Notes under the pieces: model-generated
What the model was told of the DNA's origin: nothing
Database searches by the model: none
Seen by the model: only the letters and a program-made list of their open reading frames with translations
Program-made: the position numbers and the translations under genes
Shown here: positions 1 to 12,285 of the stretch, piece by piece
Position numbering within the stretch: position 1 is the stretch's first letter
How the letters are laid out: each line of letters begins with the position of its first letter
From: Amphiscolops sp. MND2022
Taxonomy: Eukaryota
Assembly: GCA_964187785.1 (NCBI GenBank)
Contig: OZ076409.1
Span: forward strand, 58,158,001 to 58,222,000
DNA: 64,000 nucleotides
Reading direction: 5' to 3'

Positions 1-3000
1 GAGCGCAAAAGCATTGCGTCTTCTCGCGATAGCCGACGGTGACTTCACGGAATACTATCAGTTTTCAAAAAGGCGGACAAGCGCAACTGACGCAACCTCA
101 AAGTTCGAAACACGCGTATTGTTAGATTATATTCGATTCATTATACAAAAGGTTTTACACTTCAGTAACTCGGGAAATTGCATCGCTCGGAAATTTTTGC
201 AACAAACAACGGGAAATAATTTTGACATTAAACTGCTGACTGATTCTGCCTAGTTCTGATTTGTTCAAGATCTGAATTTGCCAAAAAATGCTCTGGAAGA
301 TGAATGCTAGTGTCAACGTGTGCAAAAAATTTTAAATAAATGAATTGCGTGTAAAGTACCTGCGAGACACTTATGACTATACAGCAAAACATTTCGTAGT
401 TTTTCGTGTCGCCCTCAGTTGGTGCTGTACGACTGTTTGAAAAGGCGGGAGCAGCATAAGTGGTCGCCCGCCGTGAGGCTCGAAAAGAGAAAAAATACGT
501 AAAAGCAAAATGGGTTTGATAAAAATTTCTATCACATTAGGCCTAACCAGGCTTTATTTTGTCACCGGAAATACATAATACCAAAGCTTTCCCTTCGTTT
601 AAACACCAGAAACATCAAAGAACAGAAGCGAGAATCCTTAACGTTCTCCCATATGATAGTTCCGTGACCACTTGTCGAGGTCTTGCCGGAGGCGCAGTTG
701 GGCAAAGAGCAAAGGCTTCGCAAAACTCAATACCCAAAGTCTGAAACTTCAAGCAATTAAGTTTAAATCTCTACGGAGTCACTCTTCACTCGGGGGCTTC
801 GGCAGGCAAATCTACCATGAGAAATAAAGTGTCAACCGAAACTCTCTCCGAGAGGTTTTTCAGCATGTTTTTCAGCAGGGAGGTATCTCAGCATGTCTCG
901 TGGAAAAGGGACAAAAATTGGCAGTCTGTTTGTCGTACTTTGTGACGAAAACAATGTCACAATAAAAACTTGGTTCCATCAACGTTTAGAGCATTTTTGA
1001 TAACGTTTAATATCCCCTTGAGGATCCGCTCCTAAGACCTATTCACAGGAACTTTGTCGTAGCTCAGACTTCATTAACAAACAACTAACTTGGAGAGAAG
1101 AACTAACTAACCTGAGAAGAGCAACTAACTTGTTCAGAGAAACATTCAATAATAACACTCGCCAGATGAACTTAGAAGTCGACATTGCTAGTTCGTCATA
1201 AAGGGTGACTGCTTCTTCATAGAAGGATAGTATATGGATAGTATAGCTCATAGAAAATAGTTATTGCATTAATAACAGCTGTGAGAGCTAACAAAAATAT
1301 AGGTTAGCTATGTAACTGGGTTTATGTAAGTCTGTCAATGCTCACAACAACGTTTTAGGAAAAGAAATTTTTTTCCTACTTTTTCCTGCTTGAAAATTCT
1401 TGAAAAGATTGATTGAAAATTACATAGCACTTGCGTCATTGGTCATCGCTGTTTTCTGGTTGGGGCTAGAAAGCAGGAGTAGGAGGGTTCGACTACCGCG
1501 TGTGAGCAAAGATTTTACGTTTACAAACGAAGAAGAGACCTAAGAGTCCCCCTTTCCTTCGACATTCTTCGACTTTTTCGTGCTTTTGCTTTTTGAGTTA
1601 ACCAAAGATCCAGAGTAAATCTTGTTCCTACTACTGCTAGCTGACTGCTAAACTTCTATATAACGGCAAAATATCGTTTCATGATGTTGTTTTGAGTTTT
1701 GGTTCCTATAGAGCGAGTTGTTCAAATATTGAACCTTTTTGAAGGATATTTTGGTTACAATTAAATTACAAAATTGAATTAAGAAAAAAGTCACTTCAGC
1801 TCTGTTTGTTTTCTTGGCCTTCTTTCGCTCTGGTATAGACCCAGGGGTGCCAAAGGACCAATTTGTTCCTTCCAAATTTCTAACTGATAAAAGCAACTGA
1901 AGGAATCCATTCAGAAAAAAGCGACTATAGTCACGACTTTTCATCCGTTTTTTCGACACACCCGAAATAGCCAAAACAGTTCTACAAAAGTTCTTCAATT
2001 CTGGCAAAGCCTTTTTCGACCATCTACATACTACATTTGAACTGTTAAAAGTGCGAAGGAGTAACCTTCGACAATAACGCAACACATACCGGACTTAGCA
2101 CATACCGGATATAACGTACACTGGGAATAACGTTTTTTTATAACGAATATTTTAATGGTATTGACGTTATATACGAAGTAAGTTGCGTTTTACTAAAAAG
2201 AGGCACAGGTTTCAATCCAGGTGATTAGATTTTTAGCCCACTGATGAATTTTGCGGAAACCAAGTATTTTGAGAGCATGTAAGGCAACTTTGGGTTTTTT
2301 GGCACAATGCAACTTACCTAAAGTTTTCAAAAAAAATTAATTAAAAGTTCGAAAAAAATTGAATTTTTTTCATCACAAAATTAGTTTTTAAAAACCATTT
2401 GCGGGAACCTACGGGCGACGTCATAGATTATTTTTTGGTCTAGTGGAACTGTTGAGAATTTTCTCAATAAATGTTGTGTAACGGCAAGCAGTGATATGTC
2501 GCTCAACACGCTAACAGAGGTGCAACAACCTGCAGAAAGGGTTCTCGTTCAGGAAAGGCGCCCATCGCCACAGCTCCATTTTGCTTCAGGGGTGAAAGGC
2601 CGTGCGTGCCTCGACAAATGCCGTTCAACCGGTCCTAATCTTTGATTGCTAATAGTAACGGCATCTGACTCTAAAAACCAGGTTTATCTAGTATGTAACC
2701 ACAATGCCAAGAATAAGGTAAATTTCATTTTCCATGGAGACAAGGTAATATTGTCTAAAATCGAAAAACTTATCTCTCGAACTAGAAAATACGACTCAAA
2801 CCAGTGAAAATACGCACAATTAACACATCAATCTGGCACACCACTACACAGCTACAAGCTGGGACGCAAAAGCACCAATTACCAAATGTGCAGCTTTAAA
2901 TGGTTGGGTATTTCTGATGGTGGTATTATTCACAACTTCTAAAAGCGGCTAAGAGACAGGCTAGCTAGCTAACTTTATTACAACTAGGTCGAGGTGTTAG

Positions 3001-5172
3001 AAGTAGAACAAAAGGGAAGTCAACCAAATACTGATTATTAGTTTTCTCTCTCTGAAGGAGTAGAGACTTAAAGTCATTCAATAATAAATAAATGTACATT
3101 CTAGAACATTCTATAAACATCTAAATACTATTGGTTATTAATGTAGATCAGTACATCCATCCCGGTTTTTAAATAAAATAAAATTTTTAAGTAGCATCAT
3201 TAATCGAAATGGAGAAAAAAAATTTTTGTTCAAATGTTCTTAGCGTTTCAGCTAGTTAACATTTTTCATTTAATGGATGATTGACATAAGTCTCTTTAAG
3301 AGTGGTGTAAGTTCGACTCATTGGTGTACCTCGAATTGTCAAAATTTTGATTGACACCTCGTAGGTGCGAGTACAGTTCAAAAAGCGTCAAAGTGTTCTT
3401 TTTCACTATGCTTTCGTCGGCTTGATTTTTGAACTGGTAGATGCTCAATGTTTTGCCTCTGTTGAAGTCTTTGAATGAACTTCGCATTGAACAAACGTGA
3501 GCAAACATCATGCGAGTTAAAGGTCAAAGAATCAATGAAAAAAAATTTTGTCGATAAGCTTTTTTTATCGAGTGTGAAAACTGTCTGAAAAGATATCAGG
3601 TTGTGATTTAATTTGGCGGGTTTGTTATGTAACAAATGTTGAAAACTTTGAGAATTTGGGTTTGTCATTATTCGAATCTAATTTGAACAATGTGCTTGAT
3701 CTATTTTTTGAACTTGTTTTGTTGAAATTTTGAAAAGATTTGTTGTTAACATATGTGAATTTTGGATATGATAGCACCGAAAAATAATACTTATTACTTA
3801 TTCTTTAAAAATAAAGCAAATAAACATCGGTAAGGGTGTGAAATAAATGATTTTGAGGGCAAATAAACATGGGTGGGGATGAAATTTAAAATAAATACAT
3901 TGCGAATGTTTTCGGTATGAGTTTGAATTCCTTTAAATATTATCATGCACAGTGTTTTTTCTTTGAGTTTTCTTTCTTATTGATTAATAATCTTCTTCTT
4001 CGGCTGAGAACTGGATGGCTGAAGGTTGAAGATTGGAAGATGGATGAAGATGGGCAACTGTTGGGCGGCGATGAAGTTGTGAAGACAGGGTGCTGAGTTG
4101 TGACGAGCAATCGTTGTGGATGTTTGGATTTGAAGATGGGGTGGACGAGTGCTGTTGATGTCATCTGTTGATATCAGAAAGAGACGTAAGTATACGTTTT
4201 GTATGGGTAATTATCATCTAGAAGTGCTTCTGGAGGGTCTTTTTGAAGTTCTTCATCAGTATCGTCGTTATTGTCTGAAGGCCAATAGGAATTTAGATGT
4301 TGTTTTTCCATTTCAAAACGCATTCTGTTAGATAGACTTCGTACTAAATGTTTGGGCTTGATGGTAGTATGCTCTGTTTATGTAGTGGCGTCTCGTTGAG
4401 TTGAATAGGTATCAGGATGTTTATGAATTTGAAGATATTGGTCAAAGTTTATTCGTGTAATTTGGAATATTTGAAACATATTGAGCAATATCATTCTTGT
4501 AAGATGAGGGTCTGCCTTTTTATCTGTTTTGAGCTGTGCATTCAATGTTGTTAAATGCTTTTTCAGAATCAAGGATCGCAATCGAGCTGAAGGAATTGAA
4601 AGAAGAGGAGCTATCGGGCAGTCTGTGTCACCAGAATGGTGTGTCGTCATATTGGAGAATATGAAGAAATTTGCTGAGAATTGTAGAAGATACGTTGGAA
4701 TTCTTTTTGGATGGACGGCTTGAGAGGAGGAAGAAATGCTGATGAAGCAGTTGTGACGGTATTCACCTAAAATAGATTAGTTTGTTTACAATAAAGTTCC
4801 TTTTAAAATAGAATTTGATAGTTGACATTTTTTTAATGTAATTTGTGATGTTATATCTTTTTATATTTAAGAATTAAGTTGATGTATTTTGGAAGTCTTT
4901 TGGAGGGTATTTAAATATCTTTCATATAAGTACTTATTTGTTGAAATCGGTCCATCAAAAGGAGGAGCAATTGAGGAATTTTGTTAAAATTTTTTATGTC
5001 GTGATTGAAATTTTTTATATTATTTTATTTTAAAGGAGTATTTTAATATCAAGCATGTAATATAATCATGCAAAACAGGCATATGCGTGTAGACTCAATT
5101 AATTTTGACAGGTTATTAAGAGATTAAGTGATAAGTGTTAACAATTTAAAGTTATTATCCCATAATTACCAG

Positions 5173-5904
5173 TTAAGATCGGTGCATTTTTTCAATTGTA
5201 TAGTTGAATTCGTCCAAAGATGTGCGAATACACAAAGCTGATTGGCTAATTCTTGTCGTATCAAATACGATATTTTGTATTATGCTTCGAGCTTGTTCAA
5301 GAGTATTTACGATTTCGGCGATTGTTATAAGAATATCTCGGTTCGGATGATGAAAAGGTTTTATGATGTTCAAAATTTCTCTATATTTCTGTAATTCGTC
5401 CGTTGGGCGAAATTTTTGTGGTTGCGGAATGTCATTTTTGGTTTTCTTTGGCGGTTCTTGTTTTGTCTTTTTTTTGTGTTCTTTATGATGTCCATTCGTA
5501 AGAAGTGAAAGTAGATGAGAAATAATGAAAATTAATTCATCATTTGAATATCCTTTCTTGGTCAATGCGTAAAAATAAGACTTTTCACAGTCTCCCAAAG
5601 GTTGAGAGGCTATGTGTTGAAGTGGAGGAAGAGGATCAGATATATTTTGAGGTATATCTTCCTGTAGTAGCGAATCGTCGTTCAGAATGAGGTATTCTTG
5701 TGGTACAATGATTGGTCTTTTTGGGTTATCATTTGGAAGAAAAAGAAAACTTTGTTTAAGCGGATCATAATTTCTAAGTTTTCCTTTTGTTTTGGAATGA
5801 TCTATCAAATGTTCAGAGTTGGAAGTGAATGGCGACGTATATTTGGAGTTTAAGAATATATAAATATCAGGCTCTTTGTATTGAAGAAGTTTCTGATGAG
5901 TCAT
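5173..5904 (-). CDS. Orphan intronless ORF, 243 aa, function unknown
   Basis: A 732-nt open frame in AT-rich DNA is unlikely by chance. Lys-rich stretch and amphipathic C-terminus; no recognised domain. Confidence 0.4.
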   Translation of the reverse strand: MTHQKLLQYKEPDIYIFLNSKYTSPFTSNSEHLIDHSKTKGKLRNYDPLKQSFLFLPNDNPKRPIIVPQEYLILNDDSLLQEDIPQNISDPLPPLQHIASQPLGDCEKSYFYALTKKGYSNDELIFIISHLLSLLTNGHHKEHKKKTKQEPPKKTKNDIPQPQKFRPTDELQKYREILNIIKPFHHPNRDILITIAEIVNTLEQARSIIQNIVFDTTRISQSALCIRTSLDEFNYTIEKMHRS

Positions 5905-7288
5905 GTGATCAGATAAAGGAACCCGGTAGTGCTGTGCTTAGCTCGGAAACCTTCTTGCTGTTGCTGTAACAAGTTATTTCGTTTGCAGTGCAGTGTCAAT
6001 CGTTTGGTTATATTCCTTTCCATTAATTTTCCAATGTGACTGAAAAATGTCAGTGGTCGGAAACTAGAACATTCGGAGTAGGATTTCTTGTTTGGTTATC
6101 TGAAGAAGATATAATTTGATATGTTCCAAGGCCAGATGCCCTAGGCCCAGCATTTGCTGATTAAATGAAGGACTGCTAGCTTGACTCGAGAGCCCAAGTG
6201 TTTCAGTATCAATGTATGTAAGTTGTCAATGTCGAAGGACCCAGTAGGTGGAAGTTCTTCGAGAGCTTGTTCTAGTTCAGATATGGTTATTTCATCTTCA
6301 AAAAAGTCATCATTTTGTTCATTGTAATTCGAATTGAGTGAGTTTTCTCTTCCCACATATTCAAGATGATCTTCGTCAAACTTTTGAGTGGAAGATGTTT
6401 ACCTTCGAAAAAAACTTTTCGAAATTCGTCGGCAATCTCTGACTCCTTGCATGCAAGATCCGGGGAAGTGCGGATGAGACCAGGGATTGCAATTTTGAAT
6501 ACAATTAATTGCATGCAATTACAAATAATTGCGACTTTGAGGCTTGCAATAACAATTACCAAATTTTGAAAATCTTAAAAGCAATTAACAATTACAATTG
6601 CAATTTCTAATTTGTGCAATTTCGCAATTTTGCTACCATTTATACAAAAATTTGCAATTTTTGCAATTTTCCTGAAAATTTTAATTTATTTACTATTTAG
6701 CTATTTTACTGAGTGTAAATCCCTTTAAGTTCATATTTCATGCACAGTTGTTTTTTAAGATTTTACTGTTAGTTCTCTATTTTGCATAAGGTTCTTATAA
6801 TTTGTGTTTTCATCGAGTTAAGTTTACAAAATTGATACAAAAATGTTTAAGGTGTTTGGCTCAAAAGCGATTACAATTACAATTACTGGCTTCTGGAAAT
6901 GCGCAATTGCAATTAGCAACTTTACTCGACCCATTGCAATTACAATTACACCGATATGCAATTAATTGCAATCCCTGGATGGGACCAATATTACCAGTGT
7001 TCTTTTTATATAGCCTGTTGTAGACCTTCCAGAAGTTTTTACCTCTTTTGTAACCAAATTCTCGTAATAAACTTTGCATCCAATTTGAAGCTTCCAGGGT
7101 AGGCGAAGTTTTGAAGTGTTCTTTAGCTGAGTCCATTGCTAGACCATTAGAGTAGTTTGATTTTAATCTGAATTGTTCACGACATTTTCTTACCCCTTTA
7201 CTAGCCGCGGATAGGTCAGCGTTCCAGAAGGGCTTACTGTGATGGCATGATTTTTTAGTTGGAATGATATTATCTGTAGCTTCGATAT
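5905..7288 (-). pseudogene. Decayed non-LTR retrotransposon ORF2 fragment (pre-RT linker and RT N-terminus), interrupted by a MITE
   Basis: Minus strand reads SKPFWNADL...KNFWK, then after the MITE EITISELEQALEEL, GIWPW...PNKKSYSECSSFRPLTFFSHIGKLMER...QQEGFR. It contains stops and a frameshift, and is homologous to the start of the 9116 element. Confidence 0.8.
6481..6977. mobile_element. hAT-like MITE (497 bp)
   Basis: TIRs cagggattgcaatt / aattgcaatccctg; 8-bp TSD gatgagac (6473-6480) / gatgggac (6978-6985) with one mismatch; internal caatt repeats. Confidence 0.8.
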
Positions 7289-7793
7289 GGTGGCTGTAAA
7301 TAGGTCGAATTTTCCTGGTCGAAAGTACAGAGGTCGAACCTTTTGATCGAATTGCAGGGATCGAATGGAATGCGGTCGAATTTGATCGAAGCCTTCGGGT
7401 CAAAAACGTTCTTTGTTTGCCTCAAATCGATTGACTATCATAATGTGGGGCATATGCTGTGTAAGCACGCTCGCCCTCACCGTCGCAAAGACCAGCTCTA
7501 ACTACGATCGCTTCGCGATCTCCGTTCCCGCTAGGCTTTTGCTCCTGTTCGACCTCGCTTAGCAAGATGGAACATAAGCGGCCCCAAGGGGCCGCGGGGC
7601 ACTAGAGGAAATGGGGACATATCCGAGACACGTTTTATACTTTTCTAGGAATTTCTATCTGCGGCAATTCGATTTGTTTCCCAAAAATCAAAATTTCGAT
7701 CCGAGTTGTTTCGATCTCATTCAAAATATTGGTATGTCGACCCGAGGACTAACTGATTTTCGATCCCGTTCCTTCGACCTATTTCCGCCCACC
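7289..7793. mobile_element. MITE/foldback-like element with imperfect TIRs
   Basis: Ends ggtggctgtaaataggtcgaa / ttcgacctatttccgcccacc. Arrays of tcgaa on the left arm and ttcga on the right arm. No TSD seen. Confidence 0.55.
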
Positions 7794-7930
7794 CTCTTTC
7801 GCCTCATCTCGTCCATAAAAGGGAACAGTTGAAGATGTTTTGATGTCCCTGGTACTGGTTGATTCAGTAGACACTCTATTTCCTCTATCAAATGTCTGCC
7901 TTGAAAGTGTTTGACTAGGAAACTCCACGC

Positions 7931-8485
7931 TTTTTAGTCGGCGCTTTTCGAAGAAAAACGCACACTATAGTAGTGACTTCTTTTTTTAAGACCAACGAAC
8001 TGACAGATTTTAAAAAGAGTTATAAATAGCTGAGCTGACTTCACTGCACTAACAGTAACTGCAACAATAGCTATCACTGCTGGCACTTGGCATAGAGGTT
8101 AATTAAGCTTTTTGAGGTCTGCCAAGCAGAAGGACGTGGGTTCGAGTCTCGTCCTTGATCAAATTTTTTTGTGCAGGTTTTTTCGGCTTTGTGAGACTTT
8201 TTTCACAAATTTTTTTAATGTCTCTAAAGGGTCCACCCTTCATTTTTTTCTTATTTGCATAAGAATGGATGTTCAAAACCTCCCAAAGGGCCCCTTTTAC
8301 AATTTTTCGGCACTATGCGACTTACCGGAGATCAAAAAATTTCGAAAAAAAATTCGAAAAAATTCGGATTTTTAAAAACTTTTCCTCACGCGGGTACTGT
8401 AGAAGAGAATACTTGACACTTTGAAGTCCTTTTGCTATTTTTGAGCCTTAGATATGGCGCAGACTTGGGCCGTTCCCGGCTTGTT
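7931..8485 (+). mobile_element. Non-autonomous Helentron/HINE-like element
   Basis: Head ttttt-agtcggcgc...actatagtagtgact; tail gagccttagatatggcgcagacttgggccgttcccggcttg-tt; T-rich ends, no TSD. Confidence 0.7.
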
Positions 8486-8744
8486 TCTATTTCCATTGGA
8501 GTTATCGGACACTTTCGGAATAACCAAGAGCAGATCGGAGAACCCTTTTTGCTGTTGCTGAAAGTCTTTCAAGTGTCCCGAAGTGTCCATCTTTTTTTTG
8601 TTTTTGCTTGTCCGGCAACTGCGGAAGTTTCCTGAATATCGCCAAATAATTACCACAAGAAAGTCTTTTTCGATTGCTGAGAATGTTTTATTTAGTTGTC
8701 TTTTTTTGTAAAAATTCGGATTGTGTAGCTCTTCATAGATCAGT

Positions 8745-9003
8745 TTTTTTGGGGGACCCTTTGGGATTTTTCAACATCCATTCTGTCGTCAAACATCAAA
8801 AATAAACAGGGGACCCTTTAGTCTCGCCCGGTGCTGCATGTTACGCGTGAATACAGGAAGTGTGTTTTTGGTTCAGTTCGCTAGGCCAAATGGTTCAGTT
8901 TGACACCGTAAAATTTTGTAAAAACTAACTTGGCCAGTTCGTGTGGGTTAAAAAAAGCCACTATTATAGTCGCGTTTCACTTCATGAAAAACCGCGCCGA
9001 AAA
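8745..9003 (-). mobile_element. HINE-like element, 5' fragment, reverse orientation
   Basis: Reverse complement matches the head and body of copies 37896 and 39176 (catgaagtgaaacgcgactat..., tggcctagcgaactgaacc). Confidence 0.6.
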
Positions 9004-9115
9004 ATAATTATTGAACGCTTCTGATTGGTTGAAAATTGAAATGGAAAAGAATTAAATTTGTTGAATTTGTGTGCTACACAGCATCGAACTAATTACGATA
9101 ACGTAGTCAGCTATG

Positions 9116-10990
9116 CTGTATGGCTCTGGTCTTTATCACGAACTGTGTTTATCAGGAAGCCTAACAAAGACAGATATGACGACTGTTCCAGCTATCGACC
9201 GCTATCAATCTCTAGTCATTTTGGAAAGCTCTTTGAGCGTATGCTGTGCAATAGATTAAATTATTTCACGGGAACCGAGAACATTCTGGCGGACGAACAA
9301 GAAGGTTTCAGAAGTAAAAGAAACACAGTCAGATCTCTGTACAGGCTACATCTTAATCTGGAAAATTCTAAATTAATGAAAACACCGACCGCTCTACTCA
9401 ACATTGACCTCGACAAGGCCTTTGACAGCGTGTGGATAGATGGCCTACTTTACAAACTCAAACATTACAAAATAAACGGTAAAATGTTCTGCATTTTACG
9501 AACCTTTTTGAAGAACCGAGAAGCATTCATTGAGTTATCTGACTTCCGTTCGTCTATGTTCAAAATAGACATTGGTGTTCCTCAGGGCAGTGTCTTGTCA
9601 CCACTTTTGTTTGTAATTTTCTTGAACGATTTTCTGAGTGAGGAACCGTGTCACTACAAGTTCGCTGACGACAGTGCTATTTTAATTCAAGGCTGCAATG
9701 AAAATGATATCTCCCAAAAACTCGAACACTCTTGCAGGGGGATCGAACAGTGGTGCCGCAAATGGAGAATGGGAGTGAATGGCTCCAAGACAGAATTGAT
9801 TGTTTTCAATGTGGAAAGAAACAACATAACTGCGCCGAGCCTGAACAATGAAGCGTGCACTATCACAAAAGCTACAAAATCTCTCGGTCTCCTGATTGAT
9901 GATAACCTGTGTTACAAAGACCACGCCGAAAAAATCTGTAACAAAGCTAAACGCAGCTGGAATAACGCTTCTAGAATTTTGAGATGCAAATGGAGCTTGT
10001 CAATTCCAACGTTAATTTTCCTCTACACTACTATCATTGTACCGCAGATCTTATATGCATCAGTAATATGGTTTGAAAGAAATAGAAGCTCAGTCATGAG
10101 AGTCCAGAATCATATCATCAAATCAATCTTTCGACATAGTTTTACTCCTACTATTAGCATCTGCGAAACGCTGCTAGGACTACACCCTCTGGACATTTAC
10201 AATGATGCCATAGAAATCAAATTTGTCATCAAAGCCAAAAGAGCCAATGACTTGGTGAGTAATACCCACTCTCTTTACATCTCCAACCGAAGTAAAGCTG
10301 CAGCATTAGAAAGTAAGTTAAGTAAATTCAAAAAGTTCCTTGATGACGATACTCGGACAGAATACAACAAGCACGAAATAGATGAATTCATAGAACAAAG
10401 TTGGATAAAGAGATGGAAGAACACCCAAAACAAAGGCCTCTTGCAATATCTCCCTAACACGCAACCACAGTTAAACACCTGTTGTCCTTTAACTATTGGA
10501 GATCCTTATGTTGTCAATAAAATTTGCGAATTAGTAATTGGGAATTCCTTTGCTTTTGCCGAATATGCCTGGAACATGTGGAAGTGTGAATCGCCAATGT
10601 GCATATGTGGAGAGTCAGAAGACAATCTCTATCACTATTTCTTCTGCTGTCCGCACTATAACGAGATACGCCCAGACATACAGAGCCTAAATTTAATGGA
10701 AGCGACTGATTGTCAAAAACTCCGAGATTTCATAATGAATACAAATAAACTGAACTTATAGACTATTGNNNNNNNNNNNNNNNNNNNNNNNNNNNNNNNN
10801 NNNNNNNNNNNNNNNNNNNNNNNNNNNNNNNNNNNNNNNNNNNNNNNNNNNNNNNNNNNNNNNNNNNNNNNNNNNNNNNNNNNNNNNNNNNNNNNNNNNN
10901 NNNNNNNNNNNNNNNNNNNNNNNNNNNNNNNNNNNNNNNNNNNNNNNNNNNNNNNNNNNNNNNNNNNNTATATATTTACTTATTTATATA
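9116..10990 (+). mobile_element. 5'-truncated non-LTR retrotransposon (LINE): RT domain plus C-terminal CCHC knuckle; ORF ends at 10761
   Basis: Motifs YRPLSISSHFGKLFE, QEGFR, DLDKAFDSV, GVPQGSVLSPLLF, FADD, and C-terminal CICG-x6-H-x4-C-like knuckle. No endonuclease domain upstream. An AT-rich simple tail follows the N gap. It interrupts a copy of the ~150-bp dispersed repeat. Confidence 0.92.
10769..10968. other. Assembly gap (200 N)
   Basis: Run of N. Confidence 1.
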
Positions 10991-11135
10991 TGTTCACATA
11001 CTCCTAGTGCCCTAATTGCAGGAGCGAAGCGAAGCGGAGCGACGTGCCATATGGCCATGCCTCAATGTTGCTACTTGGCGAAGGGAGCGAAGCGACCGAG
11101 CCATACAACAAATATGCTAACCTCTTCAAATAATA
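10991..11135 (+). repeat. ~150-bp dispersed repeat (unclassified); other copies at 37548-37700 (-), 47050-47185 (+, internally deleted), 52230-52400 (+)
   Basis: Shared core cctagtgccctaaatgcaggagcgaagcgaagcggagcgacgtgccatatggccatgcctcaatgttgctacttggcgaagggagcgaagcgaccgagccatacaacaaatatg. Confidence 0.85.
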
Positions 11136-11425
11136 ACCTGAAAATAATCGCTGATATGGAGTTTTTCGACGCGATGAATAGCTAACTTTAATTTCGACGC
11201 TCTGAACACTTTTGTTTAATTTCGACTCAATGAATAGCCTCCTGAATATTTCAGTGCCACCGCTTCTCGTTCACATTTTCCTCTGAGATAGACATAGTCA
11301 ATGTAGCCGAGTAGTCCACGATGGAGATTTTTTGAAGATTTTTTCTTTGGTGCGAGGCCTAGCTACGTGAAAAAAAACATGCTTTTTCGTTATTGCTTAA
11401 AACAATGCTTTTTACTGCTGTTTAT

Positions 11426-12004
11426 CCTCGACAGTGCACCGAGAAGTCGAAAAATTGACAAAATTTTGGCGCAATTTTTTCAAAGCTTCATTTCTCCACA
11501 AATAATAGCCGCAGCTCCAATCGGTTTTCTGTTCCTGAAAGCCCTTTACCTAAGCTTTCAAATGGACACTAGTTAGGTCGCGAGTTGGCGCCACTTGTTG
11601 GGGTGAGAGCGCCACTCTGGCTGCGCTGGGCCTTTCAAATATTGGTTGAACTCATAACTAAAGCTTCATTGAAAAAAACTTCTATATGCGTTTTCAATGG
11701 TGGCAAACTGTGTTACTAGAGTGGGACAGTAACTTAAGCAAACAGTTGCTCAGTTATTGAGAAAAAAAACGAATTTTCTGAAATGTACTTTTTTGCAATT
11801 TTTCACTTTTTTTCAGTTACTTTTTTGCCAGTAGCTCGGAAAAAAATCTATATTGACACAAATAACAATTCACACCAGATAGTCCGATAGATAGTCGATA
11901 AGACAGACAATTTTTGGTGTTCCTCTATGCTTTTTGCGTGTCGTAATTTATTATTGATTGCGAAAAAAATCGGTCCTCATTTGAGGACGAAATCACTGTC
12001 GAGG
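11426..12004. mobile_element. piggyBac-like MITE family A, copy 1
   Basis: TIRs cctcgacagtg / cactgtcgagg; flanks ttat / ttaa; collinear with 23124-23688. Confidence 0.8.
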
Positions 12005-12285
12005 TTAAAACAGTTTAAAATGATGCCATTGTTGATTAGATCTAATGGTCCTAGTCGACCTGTTGTGCATGGAAACATTCACACATGAAACAACTTGCTG
12101 CAGTTCCATTTTAAGGAACAAGGATTTGCACAAAAATTGTGAAATTTAGTTTGTCCTGCTGTCAAACCGATAATCGCCCTTGTGCGACTCAAGGGACCAC
12201 TGCGTTTAAGTTAGGGAATGAGCGGTAGCTAGTTTTTCACCGATCATTGAAGATACTTGTATTGCCGCTCTTTCAGAAACATGTA

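Noticed and set aside
1648..2085. 145-aa minus-strand ORF
   Set aside because: Non-ATG start, overlaps a degenerate HINE head and body, no recognisable domain.
6861..6977. CNCNCN-rich C-terminus suggesting a metal-binding protein
   Set aside because: It is the LINE frame running into the caatt repeats of the hAT-like MITE.
9058..9115. N-terminus of the 567-aa RT ORF
   Set aside because: The TTG start lies in flanking sequence; the element is 5'-truncated at ~9116.
10766..11185. 139-aa ORF
   Set aside because: Artefact of reading through the N gap into a non-coding repeat.
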